In this document: positions 51,839 to 64,000 of the stretch, in pieces
Layout: each line of letters begins with the position of its first letter
How positions within the stretch are numbered: the stretch's first letter is position 1
DNA from: Octopus vulgaris
Taxonomy: Eukaryota
NCBI GenBank assembly: GCA_951406725.2
Contig: OX597822.1
Coordinates: 82,894,001-82,958,000, forward strand
Direction: 5' to 3'
DNA length: 64,000 bases
Program-made: the position numbers and the translations under genes
The notes under the pieces: model-generated
Told to the model about the DNA's origin: nothing
Databases searched by the model: none
What the model saw: only the letters and a program-made list of their open reading frames with translations

Positions 51839-54554
51839 AGACAAACAGACAGACATATACATAAATGTAGGGATACATGTGCGTGTTTATGAATTGGCAG
51901 GTGCCAAGTTTGATTCTAAGAATTCTTACGTTGACGTGTTGTATTTCCGTCAGAAAGAAGCGACGTGCTATTCAGTGAAGTTTCAGTGTTAGTCTTCAGA
52001 AGAGATTCCTCATTTTTTTTTCTTTCTGAACACGCAAGTTGCCATTTTGTTTTGTTTTGTTTTAGTAGGAAGTTAAAATAAACATTACTCATACAATATT
52101 TTTTCAAAAGTAAATATTTACGCACTCAGATGGAGCCCTCACACGCCACCCCACTAAGCTAGCTGACATAAGACAGTTAGAGCGTCGAGGCAAATTAAGA
52201 GGAAACATACATATAGTACATGCATATTATATATATATATATATATATACGCACTCGACACATACATAAACACACACTATTTTATTGTGCATTTTAACAT
52301 CTGTATAATTAGGCGTGTGTGTGTGTGTGTGTGTGTATTTATATACGTGTGCGTAAGAATTTATTTGATTTGATTTTTGCTTTGTGCCACATGCTGAAGA
52401 TAATTTCGAAATTTATTTATCATCCTTTGTGACTTTCTAAGATTTGAAATTGAAATCTAAATGAAAAAAATAATTCAAGATTTAAAATTTGCTTTCATAA
52501 TATTTGTGAGTGCAGAATGAATAAAAAAATAATATTTTTATTGAAGGAAAATCACACCTCTGAAGATATAAAATGTATACAAGTATTTTGTTATAGAATA
52601 GACGTTAAGTGTGCTGCAGTAAACATAAGCAATGTATAGGATGTACAAACATGAAGAGAATAGTTTTGGTCTTATCTTTAGATCTTAGCAACTTCAATCG
52701 TTGCTAAACTAAATTTTGTAAAGAAGAATTCTAATATGTAATTTTGGTGGTGAACAATGTTCTTTTTTTCATTTACGGCGGCGAGCTGGCAGAATCGTTA
52801 GCATGCTTAGCATCATTTCGTCCGTTTTTACGTTCTGAGATCAAATTCCACCGAGGTGGACTGTGCTTTTCATCCTTTCAGGGTCGATAAGCACTAATTG
52901 AACACTGGGCTCGATGTAAGCGACTTACACTCCCTTCCTTGAAATTACTGGCAAGAATGGACTTTAAAACTAAGTGCTATATTTACATAAATGCTTTGAT
53001 AAGGAATTGAGAGAAAAGGCAATGTGTGTAGTAGTGAATCAGATGCATGGAAATATTTATCTCTTTAAATACAAAGCTATGTGTCATGTATGGAAACTAA
53101 TATTTCGGCTATTTAAGACATACGTAAATCGGCTAAATTTTTGTATTATAGTGAAATCGCTGGGCAAGAAAATAAAAGGTAAACATATTCTGAAGGGAAC
53201 AAAAAGTAACTTAAGGGGAGCTGCAGCACCATGAATATGTCGTGTGCCAGTAAAAACGAACCACAATGCATGAATATTGCAAAAAAACCAAGAGCGAAAG
53301 GGGTCGGCATGTAATTTCCGAAATATAGAGTTTTATCCCTAAAGTGCAAATGCTTAGGAGAGAGCATTGCCTACCACTCAGATAAGTTCATCATCAACAA
53401 GATGCGTCCATGCGAGTATATGCGTATATAGACGTGCTTTACTCATTGTTTTTTTAATACATTTTCCTGTATTTTTGCCTTTAGCCCAGTTTTTTCTTGC
53501 GTATGTGAGCATATAGACGTGTGTAGGAACTTTTTGTGCGCGCGCGTGTGTGCGCGCGTGTGTGCGCGCGTATGTAGACGTGTGCGGGTATGTGCGTAAA
53601 TGTGTGTGTGTGTGTGTGTGCGTGCATACGGGTATTTGCGTATATAGACGTGGTCTGCTCTTTGTATACTCCCTTACACCTTTTTTCTGTATTGTTATCC
53701 TTAGCCCTGTTGTTTTCTTGCGCTTGTGCGTATATAGACGTGTGTATGAACCTTTATGGTACGTGTGTGTGTGTGGGTTTGTTTATATATATATATTTGG
53801 CGAATGGTGCGAGTGAGGATGTGTACGTTTCGAGTGAGGATGTGTACGTTTCAAGTGATGGTGTATACTTTTAGGCGCATGCACGTGGGTGTGCGGGCGC
53901 GCATGTGTAGGTATGAACATGTGCCATTACGCGAATACTATGAACCTTTTTACACCCTTACTTTTATTCCCTCTCTTCACTTAGTGGTCATTCAAATAGC
54001 TCTTTTGTCTTAATAACGGTCAATCACACAGTAATTTCCCTTTGTATAACGGTCATTTTCATAGTATTCTTCCGATGGCCGGATAACTGAAGAGATGGTG
54101 GCGTGGATTTCCACCCTGGCATCCGAGTTTTATCATGGCTAGCGAATAATTGTCACATATTATATTTACAGATAAATTCCTCTATTTACGTAATATCGAC
54201 GTCTCTTTCATTCTTTTGTTGTCTTACTATTTTTATGAATATATATATTATATATATATGTGTGTGTGTGTGTGTTTGTGTGCGTGTATGTGTATCTGAA
54301 TGCGTATCTGTCTATCTGTTTGTCCCTCACCACCGCTTGTCAACCGGTGTCGGTTTGTCTACGTTCCCGTAAATCAGCGGTTCGACAAAAGAGTCCGATA
54401 CAGTAAGTACCAAGCTTAACCCCACCCCCGAGAAAAAAACTAGGGGCGATTTGTTTGACTAAACCTTTCAAAGGGGGTACGCCAGTATGGCCGCAGTCCA
54501 GTGACTAAAAGAAGCAATTCTCTTGGATAAAAGATAGATATATGTATGTGAATG

Positions 54555-54629
54555 CTTGTGTGTGTGTGTGTGTGTGTGTGTGCTTGTGTGTGAGCTCGTG
54601 TGTGTGTGCTTGTGTGTGTGTGTGTGTGC

Positions 54630-54692
<63 letters not shown>

Positions 54693-54806
54693 TGTGTGTG
54701 TGTGTGTGTGTGCTTGTGTGTGTGTGTGTGCTTGTGTGTGTGTGTGTGTGTTGTGTGTGTGTGTGTGCTTGTGTGTGTGTGCTTGTGTGTGTGTGCTTGT
54801 GTGTGC

Positions 54807-54857
<51 letters not shown>

Positions 54858-55240
54858 TGTGTGTGTGTGCTTGTGTGTGTGTGCTTGTGTGTGTGTGCTT
54901 GTGTGCGTGTGCTTGTGTGCGTGTGCTTGTGTGTGTGTGCTTGTGTGCGTGTGTTTGTGTGCGTGTGTTTGTGTGCGTGTGTTTGTGTGCGTGTGTTTGT
55001 GTGCGTGTGTTTGTGTGCGTGTGTTTGTGTGCGTGTGTTTGTGTGTGTGTGTTTGTGTGTGTGCGCTTGTGTGTGTGCGCTTGTGTGTGTGCGCTTGTGT
55101 GTGTGTGCTTGTGTGTGTGTGTGCTTGTGTGTGTGTGTGCTTGTGTGTGTGTGTGTGCTTGTGTGTGTGTGTGCGTGCGTGTGTGAGCTTGTGTGTGTGT
55201 GAGCTTGTGTGTGTGTGTGAGCTTGTGTGTATGTGTGTGC

Positions 55241-55275
<35 letters not shown>

Positions 55276-55283
55276 TATGTGTG
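54555..55283. repeat. Compound (TG)n microsatellite with gctt/gttt interruptions
   Basis: Direct reading. Confidence 0.95.
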
Positions 55284-55329
55284 TCTTACAGCTGTTTCTG
55301 GGATATTAGGGATATCCCTGCATCAGAGA
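55284..55329 (-). ncRNA. Hammerhead motif with one core deviation
   Basis: UCU-CUGAUGC-A-GGGAUAU..AUAUCCC-A-GAAA-CAGCUG-UA^-AGA; 7-bp stem II, palindromic stem III. Confidence 0.6.
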
Positions 55330-55499
55330 AATGTGAGATGGTTAAATGGGGGGAAATATTAAGAGTTTAATATAAGGAGTTATTTTGGAAAAGGAAGGAA
55401 ATAAGGAGTATATAGGGAAATAGGAGAATGACTGTAGAAATAAAAATATATAAAGATACTATAGTTGCAGTTCCATTATCTAAGGGAAATGGTGTGTAG

Positions 55500-55650
55500 A
55501 AGTGGTAGAAATGCTTCTTGCGTGGAAGAAGGCTTTTCACCCCATTCTTCGGATGAAGTCCTTAGTTTTGTTGAGTAGGAGTAAGAGGAAAGGTTTTTTT
55601 GTGAAGGAATGGATATGTCCTTAAGAGAGATTCCAAGGAATTATTTATCC
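55500..55650 (-). mobile_element. PLE (Naiad-like) ORF N-terminal relic
   Basis: ISLKDISIPSQK/..LLNKTKDFIRRMG*KAFFH resembles YSLKNIPIPS..LI.K.E.FI.RMRWKAFF. Confidence 0.6.
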
Positions 55651-56051
55651 ATTATATTAGCGTTACCTGTGTTAGCAAGGAAGCAAAGGTATGACAGGTA
55701 TTAGTACCCAGAAGAGCCAAGATGGCAGCTAACGCTATGCAAGTGCTATGGAAGGACGTAGTTAGACTCTCGGTTCGAAACTAATACTAGTGAGGAATCT
55801 AATGCAGGTCTTGTATGAGCATGTATATGTTAAATAAAATGAGACAACAAAGCCAAGACTGTGGGGAATTTTCAAGACCCCTGCTCGCAGGTTTATCGGA
55901 TTCAGCTGTGCATCAAGATGTCCTCTTGGGGTTAAAAAAAATCGCAGTAGAGTCCGCTCGAACGGACAGTCATGTTAAAGTTTCTACGAGTATTATTTGT
56001 TAGTACAACTACTGCGTTGATCTTAGTGAGATTTCAGAACTAGCAATTTTG

Positions 56052-56098
<47 letters not shown>

Positions 56099-56349
56099 TA
56101 TATATATGCATAAACATAAACACACCTATATACGCATACATATATACATACACATACATACACACAGACATATATACGCACACACATACACACACACACA
56201 TATATATGTGACAAGAAGAAAATGGAGGGAATCCAGAAGTAGTATCACCAGCTGTTAGACATTATGTCTATTTTTTTAAACAGTTCAGATTAAAATAAAT
56301 ACATGTGTAAAGTATTAGTAATTCCTAGAATAGAAAAAGAAGAGAAGTT

Positions 56350-56472
56350 TCTTACAGCTGTTTCTGTAAGAGGTCACAATACCCGAAAAGTTATTTACAA
56401 CTTTTCTGTGTACTGTAGTAATCTGTAGATAGAATTAGAGTAATTGGGCATGCATCTAGGCTTCGTCAGAGA
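56350..56472 (-). ncRNA. Hammerhead motif with ~100-nt expanded domain II
   Basis: UCU-CUGACGA-[~98 nt]-GAAA-CAGCUG-UA^-AGA; same stem I/III as 55284, but stem II pairing not evident. Confidence 0.5.
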
Positions 56473-56526
56473 GTTTTATAAAATATTCCAAGAAGTTCAC
56501 ATGGCTAAATTATGCATATATATGCA

Positions 56527-56567
<41 letters not shown>

Positions 56568-56722
56568 GTGTGTGTGATTGTGTATAGAAGAATATATTAA
56601 TAAAAGGAATTCCAACCATGTCTGATTTTCACGTTTTATTTACAATCTTATAATGATATAATATAAGATAATATATTATAATAAAATAAAATAAAATAAT
56701 AGAATGTTAAATGTTCATTCTG

Positions 56723-56771
56723 ATTGAACTAGTACTTTCATGCATTAAATTCTGCAATCTTCAGGTTCAAT
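56723..56771 (-). ncRNA. Type-I hammerhead ribozyme motif, intact core
   Basis: AUUGAAC-CUGAAGA-U-UGCA gaauuuaa UGCA-U-GAAA-GUAC-UA^-GUUCAAU; 7-bp stem I, palindromic AGUACU stem III. Confidence 0.75.
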
Positions 56772-56776
56772 GACCT

Positions 56777-57509
56777 GTTTGTCTTTTTGTTCGTCCCTTC
56801 ATGTATTTCACGTTATTTATTTATGTAAAGGTTTATTATATATTTCGCAGCGTACGTGCATAATAACTTCTTTATGTTTATCATATCAAAACTCCTGCAC
56901 GATGTCTTTAAACTATTTTCTTTCCTTCGCCATTGCTTTGTTGCCAAATTGTTTTGGCGCCTTTTTCTCCCAGCCTCTCTGATTCCTTCTCTCCCTCTCT
57001 CTCTTGGTCACTGCTTTTTCTCTGATTCCTTCTCTCCCTCTCTCTCTCGGTCACTGCTTCTGTCCTCGCCTTCCACCCTCCTTGGTCCCCTCTTTCTCTT
57101 ACCCCCTTCTCTCTCTTACCCTCTTGTGACTTGCTGCCTCAGCCATTCTGTTTCCATCGGCCGCTTGTTCAACATGTGTCTTATCACCGAAAAGGTAATT
57201 ATTTTTCCACGCTTGCTGATATTGTTTTTGTGTCTCTCTTTTTGTCTCAAAGCCGTAGGGCGCCTGTATCATCCATGTTTTTAACCGTTACTGTCTCCAA
57301 AAAAGATTTTTCGTTTCATGTTCGTCTCTGTTGCGTTGCATTCTTTCCTTCTGTGGCTGGCTGATTCAGAGCGGATCTCAGAATTAAACAGCCGAAATCT
57401 GCGATGAGGGATCAGTTTCTGACTGAAGAATGAAGGCTTTGAATAACCCGTTTGTCTTTTTGTTCGTCCCTTCGTGTATTTCACGTTATTTATTTATGTA
57501 AAGGTTTAT

Positions 57510-57516
<7 letters not shown>
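56777..57516. mobile_element. ~740-bp module with 67-bp terminal direct repeats ending in (TA)n
   Basis: gtttgtctttttgttcgtcccttcrtgtatttcacgttatttatttatgtaaaggtttattatatat at 56777-56843 and 57450-57516. Confidence 0.75.
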
Positions 57517-57541
<25 letters not shown>

Positions 57542-58169
57542 CACATACACACATACACATACACATTTATATATGAGGTTGTGAGTTCGAATCCCGGACC
57601 GGGCTGCGTGTTGTGTTCTTGAGCAAGACACTTTATTTTACGTTGCGCCAGTTCACTCAGCTGTAGAAATGAGTTGCAACATCACTGATGCCAAACTGTA
57701 TCGGCCCCTTTGCCTTTCCCTTGGATAACATCAGTAGTGTGGAGAGGGGAGGCTGGTATGCATGGCCGACTGCTGGCCTTCCATAAAAAACCTTGCCCGG
57801 ACTTGTGCCTCGGAGGGTAACTTTCTAGGTGCAATCCCATGGTCATTCAGGACCGAAGGGCGTAAGGTAGGGTGTATTCCTGCAGTGGTTCGTATTGTCC
57901 TTGCATATAAATAAATGTACACACATACTTATGCATAAATATATTATGTGTTTATAGTTGAGGGCCTGACTACCTCTGGATTCTCTCCATTTTCTTCTTG
58001 TTATATAAATTAAGGGTAAAACCACTTATTAGCCTCATTATACTCAGAAGGGTAATTGCCACGCAATAACCAACACTTGTTTATTAATAATTGGGTATTC
58101 TACCAATAGTATATTGGGTAGATATTATCCTGTAGTTGGTTGGATTCATAACCTCTAACTCACTTTGAA

Positions 58170-58184
58170 TTATACACACACATA

Positions 58185-58240
<56 letters not shown>

Positions 58241-58653
58241 CATACATACACACATATATGTATATATACATACGCACATACATATATATATTTACATACA
58301 CACAAACATATATGTAAATATATATATATATATACATATATGTATGTGCGCATGTATATATATACATATGTATGTGCGTATGTATATATACACATACATA
58401 TATATATATATATATGTATGTGCGTATGTATATATATATATATACATACATACATGTGTGTGTAATATATATACATATGTGTGTGTATATATATATGTGT
58501 GTGTATATATATATACATATGTGTATGTATATATATACATATGTATATATATATATATACATATGTATATATATATATATATATATACATATGTGTATAT
58601 ATATATATATATATACATATGTGTATGTATATGTATACATACGCACATATATG

Positions 58654-58689
<36 letters not shown>

Positions 58690-58990
58690 TACACACACAT
58701 ATATGCATACACACACATATATGCATACACACATGCATACATACATATATATATATATACATACATACATACATATATATATATATATACATACATATAT
58801 GCACACATACACATATATATATATACACACACATATATGCACACATACACATATATATATATACACACACATATATACATATATATATACACGCACACAC
58901 ATATATACATACACACACATACATGCATGCACACACACACATATACATACATATACATATACATACATATATACACATGCATGTATGTGT
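58170..58990. repeat. Long compound (TA)/(CA)/(TG) microsatellite
   Basis: Direct reading. Confidence 0.95.
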
Positions 58991-60294
58991 CAGTGTGTCT
59001 TCCCACCATTGCTTGACAACCGATGTTGGAGTGTTTACGCCCCTGTAACATAGCGGTTCGGCAAAGATGACTGATAAAATATGTTCTCGGCTTACAAAGA
59101 ATAAACCCTGGAGTCTATTTGTTCGACTAAAAGCAGAGCCCCAGCATGTCCGCAGTCAAATGCCCGAAACAAGTAAAAGCATGAAAGAAATATATATACA
59201 CTCATATACAGATATACATACATGTATACACACACACATACATACAGACACAGACATACACAGACACAGGCACACACATCGACACACACACAGACAGGTA
59301 CACACACACATATATATATGCATACAGATGTATATACACATTCAGATGCATATATACATACATATATACATACGTACATACATACATGCATACACATCCA
59401 TTCCACCATCATCCATTCATATATGCGTGTGTCTATGACTGTGTGTTTGTGTATACATAACTACGTAAACACACACACACGGACGCATGCAAAGAAACAC
59501 ATGCATTTACGTATACTTATCCGATTATGGAGACATATGCACACATACACACACATATACATAAACGGATATACACATATGCACATACATCTGCTCATAT
59601 ACATACACATGCAAGGAGAAATGCGCAGGTTAGCACACGAATGTTTGGAAATGAATATTGTATGAAAGCCAGGTTGATGGCCGAAGTTTGTAAATAAACG
59701 TAAGATAGATTAAAATAAATATAAAATAATAAACTGAATAATACAAGACTGAATTGAATTACGGAAAAACAAAATTGATTAAAATGTATTTTCCTCTATA
59801 ATTTTTTTTTCCTTCTCCATTAATATTTTCGAGATATTTCCGTTTTTCTTTTTATCGTAGTTATCATCATCATCATCATCTCACCGCTACCACCGTTTTT
59901 TTACACGAGGTTTATCTTTTATGTATGAGAATGTATATGTGTATGTATGTATGCATGTGAATGTGTATATACATCTGTATGCATATATATATATATATAT
60001 GTATGTGTACGTGTGTACCTGTCTGTGTGTGTGTCGGTGTGTGTGCCTGTGTTTGTGTATGTGTGTGTGTCTGTATGTGTGTATACATGTATGTATATCT
60101 GTATATGAGTGTATATATATTTCTTTCATGCTTTTACTTGTTTCGGGCATTTGACTGCGAACCCTCAGCTTGGACCCTAACTGCTACTGCTGCTGCTGCT
60201 ACTACTACTACGGGTGAAAGTAACCTGGGAATAATAGCCCTGATACACCCAAACCAGACCCCACCATTATCGGATGCAGTTTAAAGAATAAACC

Positions 60295-60518
60295 CATGGC
60301 AGAATTATTATAAAATGCTTAGCGGCATTTCGTTCGTCTTTACCTTCTGAAGTTCAAATTCCGCCGAGGTCGACTTTGCATTTCGCCCTTCCGGGTCGAT
60401 ATATGTATCAGTCGAACAGTGGGGCCAATGTAATCGACTTACTCCCCCATCCGTGAAATTGCTGGCCTTGTGCCGAAATTTGAAACCAATATTACGTCAT
60501 TTAATCTCCCTTCTTCTA

Positions 60519-60550
<32 letters not shown>

Positions 60551-61402
60551 GGCGGTGAGCTTGTAGAAACGTTAGCAGGCCGGGCGGAATGCTTAGAGGT
60601 ATTTCGTCTGCCGCTACGTTCTGAGTTCAAATTCCGCCGAGGTCGACTTTGCCTTTCATCCTTTCGGGGTCGATAAATTAAGTATCCGTTGCGTACTGGG
60701 TCAATCTAATCGATTGGGCTCCTTTCCCAAAATTTCGGGCCTTGTACCTAGAGTAGAAAAGATTATTATTAAGGCAGTGAAAGGCGGCGAGCTGGAAGAA
60801 TCGTTTGTACGCTGGACGAAGTACTTGCGCCCGTCGCTACGTTCTGAGTTCAAATTTCGCCGAGGTCGACTTTGCTTTTCATCCTTTCGGGGTCGATAAA
60901 TTAAGTACCAGTTGCGTACTAGAGTCGATCTAATCGACTGGCACCTTCCCCCTAAATTTCAGAACTTGTGCCTAGTGTAGAAAGGATTTTTTTATCATTA
61001 TTAAGACGGCGAGCTGGCAGAAACATTAGCACGCCGGGCGAAATGCTTAGCGGTATTTCGTCTGCCGCTACGTTCTGAGTTCAAATTCCGCCGAGGTCGA
61101 CTTTGCCTTTCATCCTTTCGGGGTCGATTAAATAAGTACCAGTTACGCACTGGGGTTGATATAATCGACATAATCCGTTTGTCTATCCTTGTTTGTCCTC
61201 TCTGTGTTTAGCCCCTTGTGGGTAGTAAAGAAATAGGTATTTCGTCCAGCTTTATGTTCTGGGTTCAAATTCCACCGAGATCGACATTACCTTTCATCCT
61301 TTCGGGGTCGATAGAACAAGAATCACTGAAACACTGGTTGATGTAATCGACTCATCCCCCTCCCTTCAAAATCGCTGCCCTTGTGACAAAATTTGAAACC
61401 AC

Positions 61403-61438
<36 letters not shown>

Positions 61439-61440
61439 CA
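60295..61440 (+). mobile_element. Head-to-tail array of ~5 young Meta/MESC-type SINE units
   Basis: Units starting ggcggygagctggcagaa at ~60551, ~60783, ~61007, separated by (ATT)n; last is dimeric and ends in a long (ATT)n. Confidence 0.9.
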
Positions 61441-62040
61441 TCTTTACATCCGAAAAGTAAAATATGCGAATGTAGTAATATATAAGAAAATCGCACGATG
61501 TTGTTAATATTGTTGTTGTTGGTTGCTTAGAATTGCTTGTTGAAGATACTTGTGAAGACAGAACAAAGATGGTAAAAAACGGAGTAGGATGGAATGCAAA
61601 AGGAGAGATTGGTATGGAAGATTAAAGCGTACAGCATTCGTTGTTCAAAGATGGCGTAGGAAATTGAAATACACGTTTGATGTAAGACAGGAAAAGGATG
61701 ATGTGCAGCAGTATCTGTGGAACGATGTTGAAAATGGCATCAAATTCTTTATTTCGCCCATTAATTTCATGTTCAAAATCATGTCGGCATTGAGTTTTAT
61801 TTTTGATCATCATAGTTTTAACGTCCACTATTCGATGCTGGCATGGGTCGAACAAGGTTTCTTGAGATGGATTTTCTACGGCCTGATGTCCTTCCTATCG
61901 CTGATCTTTGTTTCTTTTCAAGTAAGGTAAAATTTCCTTATGACCAGACATGTTTTCATGGAAGATTGGAAGCAAAAGAGACTTACATGACGGTGACATT
62001 CGTTTACAACTATCACGCGATGTCAATGTAAGGAGAGAGT

Positions 62041-62076
<36 letters not shown>

Positions 62077-62249
62077 GTTTCCGTCTACCAAATCCGCCGA
62101 CGAGGCTTTGGTCAGCTCGGGGCTGTTGGAAAAGGCACTTTCCCAAAAAGTCACGCGGTGGCACTTAACTTTTCTCCTTCCCAAATCGATGGAGTAAATA
62201 CCAGTTACAAACGGAAGCCATTCTCGCATCCTCCTCCTCGTTTTTCGTT

Positions 62250-62636
62250 TATTCTTTTACTTGTTTCAGTCACTTGACTGCGGCTATGCTGGAGCACCGC
62301 CTTTAGTCGAGCAAATCGATCCGAGTACTTATTCTTTGTAAGACTAGTACTTACTCTATCGGTCTCTTTTGCCGGACCGCTAAGTTACAGGGGCGTAAAC
62401 ACACCAACATCGGTTGCCAAGCCATGTTGGGGGGACAAACACAGACACACAAACACATATGCACGCACATATAAGACGGGCTACTTTCAGTTTCCGTCTA
62501 CCAAATCCACTCACAAGGCTTTGGTTGGCCCGAGGCTATAATAGAAGACACTTGCCCAAGGTGCCACGCAGTGGGACTGAACCTGGAGCCATGCGGTTCG
62601 TTAGCACACTACTTACCACACAGCCACTCCTACGCC
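62250..62636 (-). mobile_element. tRNA-derived SINE (second family)
   Basis: Full-length reverse copy of the 45550 element. Confidence 0.85.
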
Positions 62637-63968
62637 AGTTGATGAATCTGAAGTTAAAATCTCATCACTATCAACTGTGCTTTTCGTCTTTCAGAATCAA
62701 TAAAATAGGTACCAGGAATATACTGGTGTCAATCCGGTCGAATATTTCTCTTCTACATTGTTCTACTAAATGCATGGCATTGTGCCAATAATATAAATCA
62801 TTATTCCATGCTAGAGAATCTGGCGTGCACCTGAAACGAAGTGGGTAAATTTGTGTTGGAGAGTAGTTGAGTGATAGTAAGAATAGTAAAATAGTCGTAA
62901 GCTGCTACTAAATCGAGTCTGTGATTAAAATTTCAATTCACACCCGAGGCGTCTGAATTCAATTATTTCCTTGTACTTTTCAGTTCGTGTCAGTAATCCA
63001 AAGCAAGATGGTCTCTGATTTACTATCGGAAAAAATTTCGATTTACTATTAGCAAAATTCAATAGCCAATGAGAGTCACAAACATCAAAAGAAGCCCACA
63101 GAAAATCGAACACATGTCGTGAGTTTCGGCCCCCTGGTGAAATGAGTTTACAAGATTTAATCTGTAATGAAAGTCTTTTTTGTAAAAGGTGTTTCAAAAA
63201 GATCTCAATTACTTGAAAGACAGGGTATTTGCATCGAGAAAAACATCACAGAAATTATATTTACGTGGAGGAAAGTGGCGAGTGCTATAGGGAGCGCATT
63301 AAGATCTAGGATTGTCTTAGAGTGTGAAACGGTTTCAAATCACAGGAAACATTGTGCTTCCCATATGTGATTCATATCTTTGGGAAAGGTATGAATGCTC
63401 AAATCTCAACAAAGATATAAAGCTTGGCCAAAATAAAGCCGCGTGTAAGTGGAAGTCACTGTTGCCGTAAAGTATATCGAGTGGAAAATAATTATGGTAA
63501 TTAAAGTGAAAACTGATTAGTACACAAGAGATAACCTCGCTGTGACTTCCGTCCTCAAGGCAGTTTCGTTTCATGTTTCACGTCATCTTTGCCTTAAAAG
63601 GAAGTGTCAATGCCTTAAACAGTCTTACAGGTATGCGATGTGCGCCAATCTTAAACCATGATGGTAATTGATTGAAAATGATAATACATCAGCTCAACGA
63701 AGATACCCTTATCGCTGCCTAAATTCACTAATGCCACACCAAGAGACGCGTCAAGTAGGGGAGGCTCTTATTATGCCTGTATTGAGTTCTTTTATCCTTT
63801 TATTTGTTTCGGTCATTTGACTGCTGCTATGCTGGAGCACCGCCTTTAATCGAACAAATCGACCCCGGGACTTATTCTTTGTAAACCCAGTGCTTATGCT
63901 ATGGATCTTTCGCCGAACTGCTAAGTTACAGGGACGTAAACACACCAACATTGGTATCGAGCGATGGT

Positions 63969-64000
<32 letters not shown>

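Noticed and set aside
52391-52423. CTGAAGA..GAAA as another hammerhead
   Set aside because: No credible stem II or stem III; compatible with chance in AT-rich DNA.
54542-55362. 200-268-aa Cys/Val ORFs
   Set aside because: (TG)n microsatellite artefacts.
58084-59053. Six overlapping 190-294-aa ORFs
   Set aside because: Compound microsatellite open in all frames; no coding signal.
63000-63600. Possible hAT-like transposase relic (FF..SKRSQLL, CET, HCASH)
   Set aside because: Motifs are too short and not in a convincing order to support without a database search.

Overview
Eukaryotic (animal) genomic DNA, AT-rich and extremely repeat-dense. The SINE repertoire and microsatellite load look like an octopus (coleoid cephalopod); this taxon call is inference. 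Bases 707-18842 hold the last 14 coding exons of a SMARCD/BAF60 (BAP60) SWI/SNF subunit gene on the + strand. All introns are GT-AG and the spliced frame is intact (431 full codons plus stop); the start codon lies upstream of the window. I recognise no other host gene in the remaining ~45 kb. That part is a mosaic of tRNA-derived SINEs, mariner/Tc1, hAT, piggyBac-like and MULE/Merlin-like DNA elements, RTE, R4/Dong and Tx1-like LINE relics, Penelope-like element (PLE) fragments and (TA)n/(TG)n tracts. The most notable unannotated signal is a set of minimal type-I hammerhead ribozyme motifs of several unrelated sequence families, mostly at 49-57 kb. Each sits in a short non-coding module bounded by microsatellites, often as inverted or direct repeats and near PLE protein relics. 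They include a U3-A8 core variant. A tRNA-headed SINE carrying a degenerate hammerhead also lies in a SMARCD intron. All motifs were read by eye; boundaries of degraded elements are approximate.
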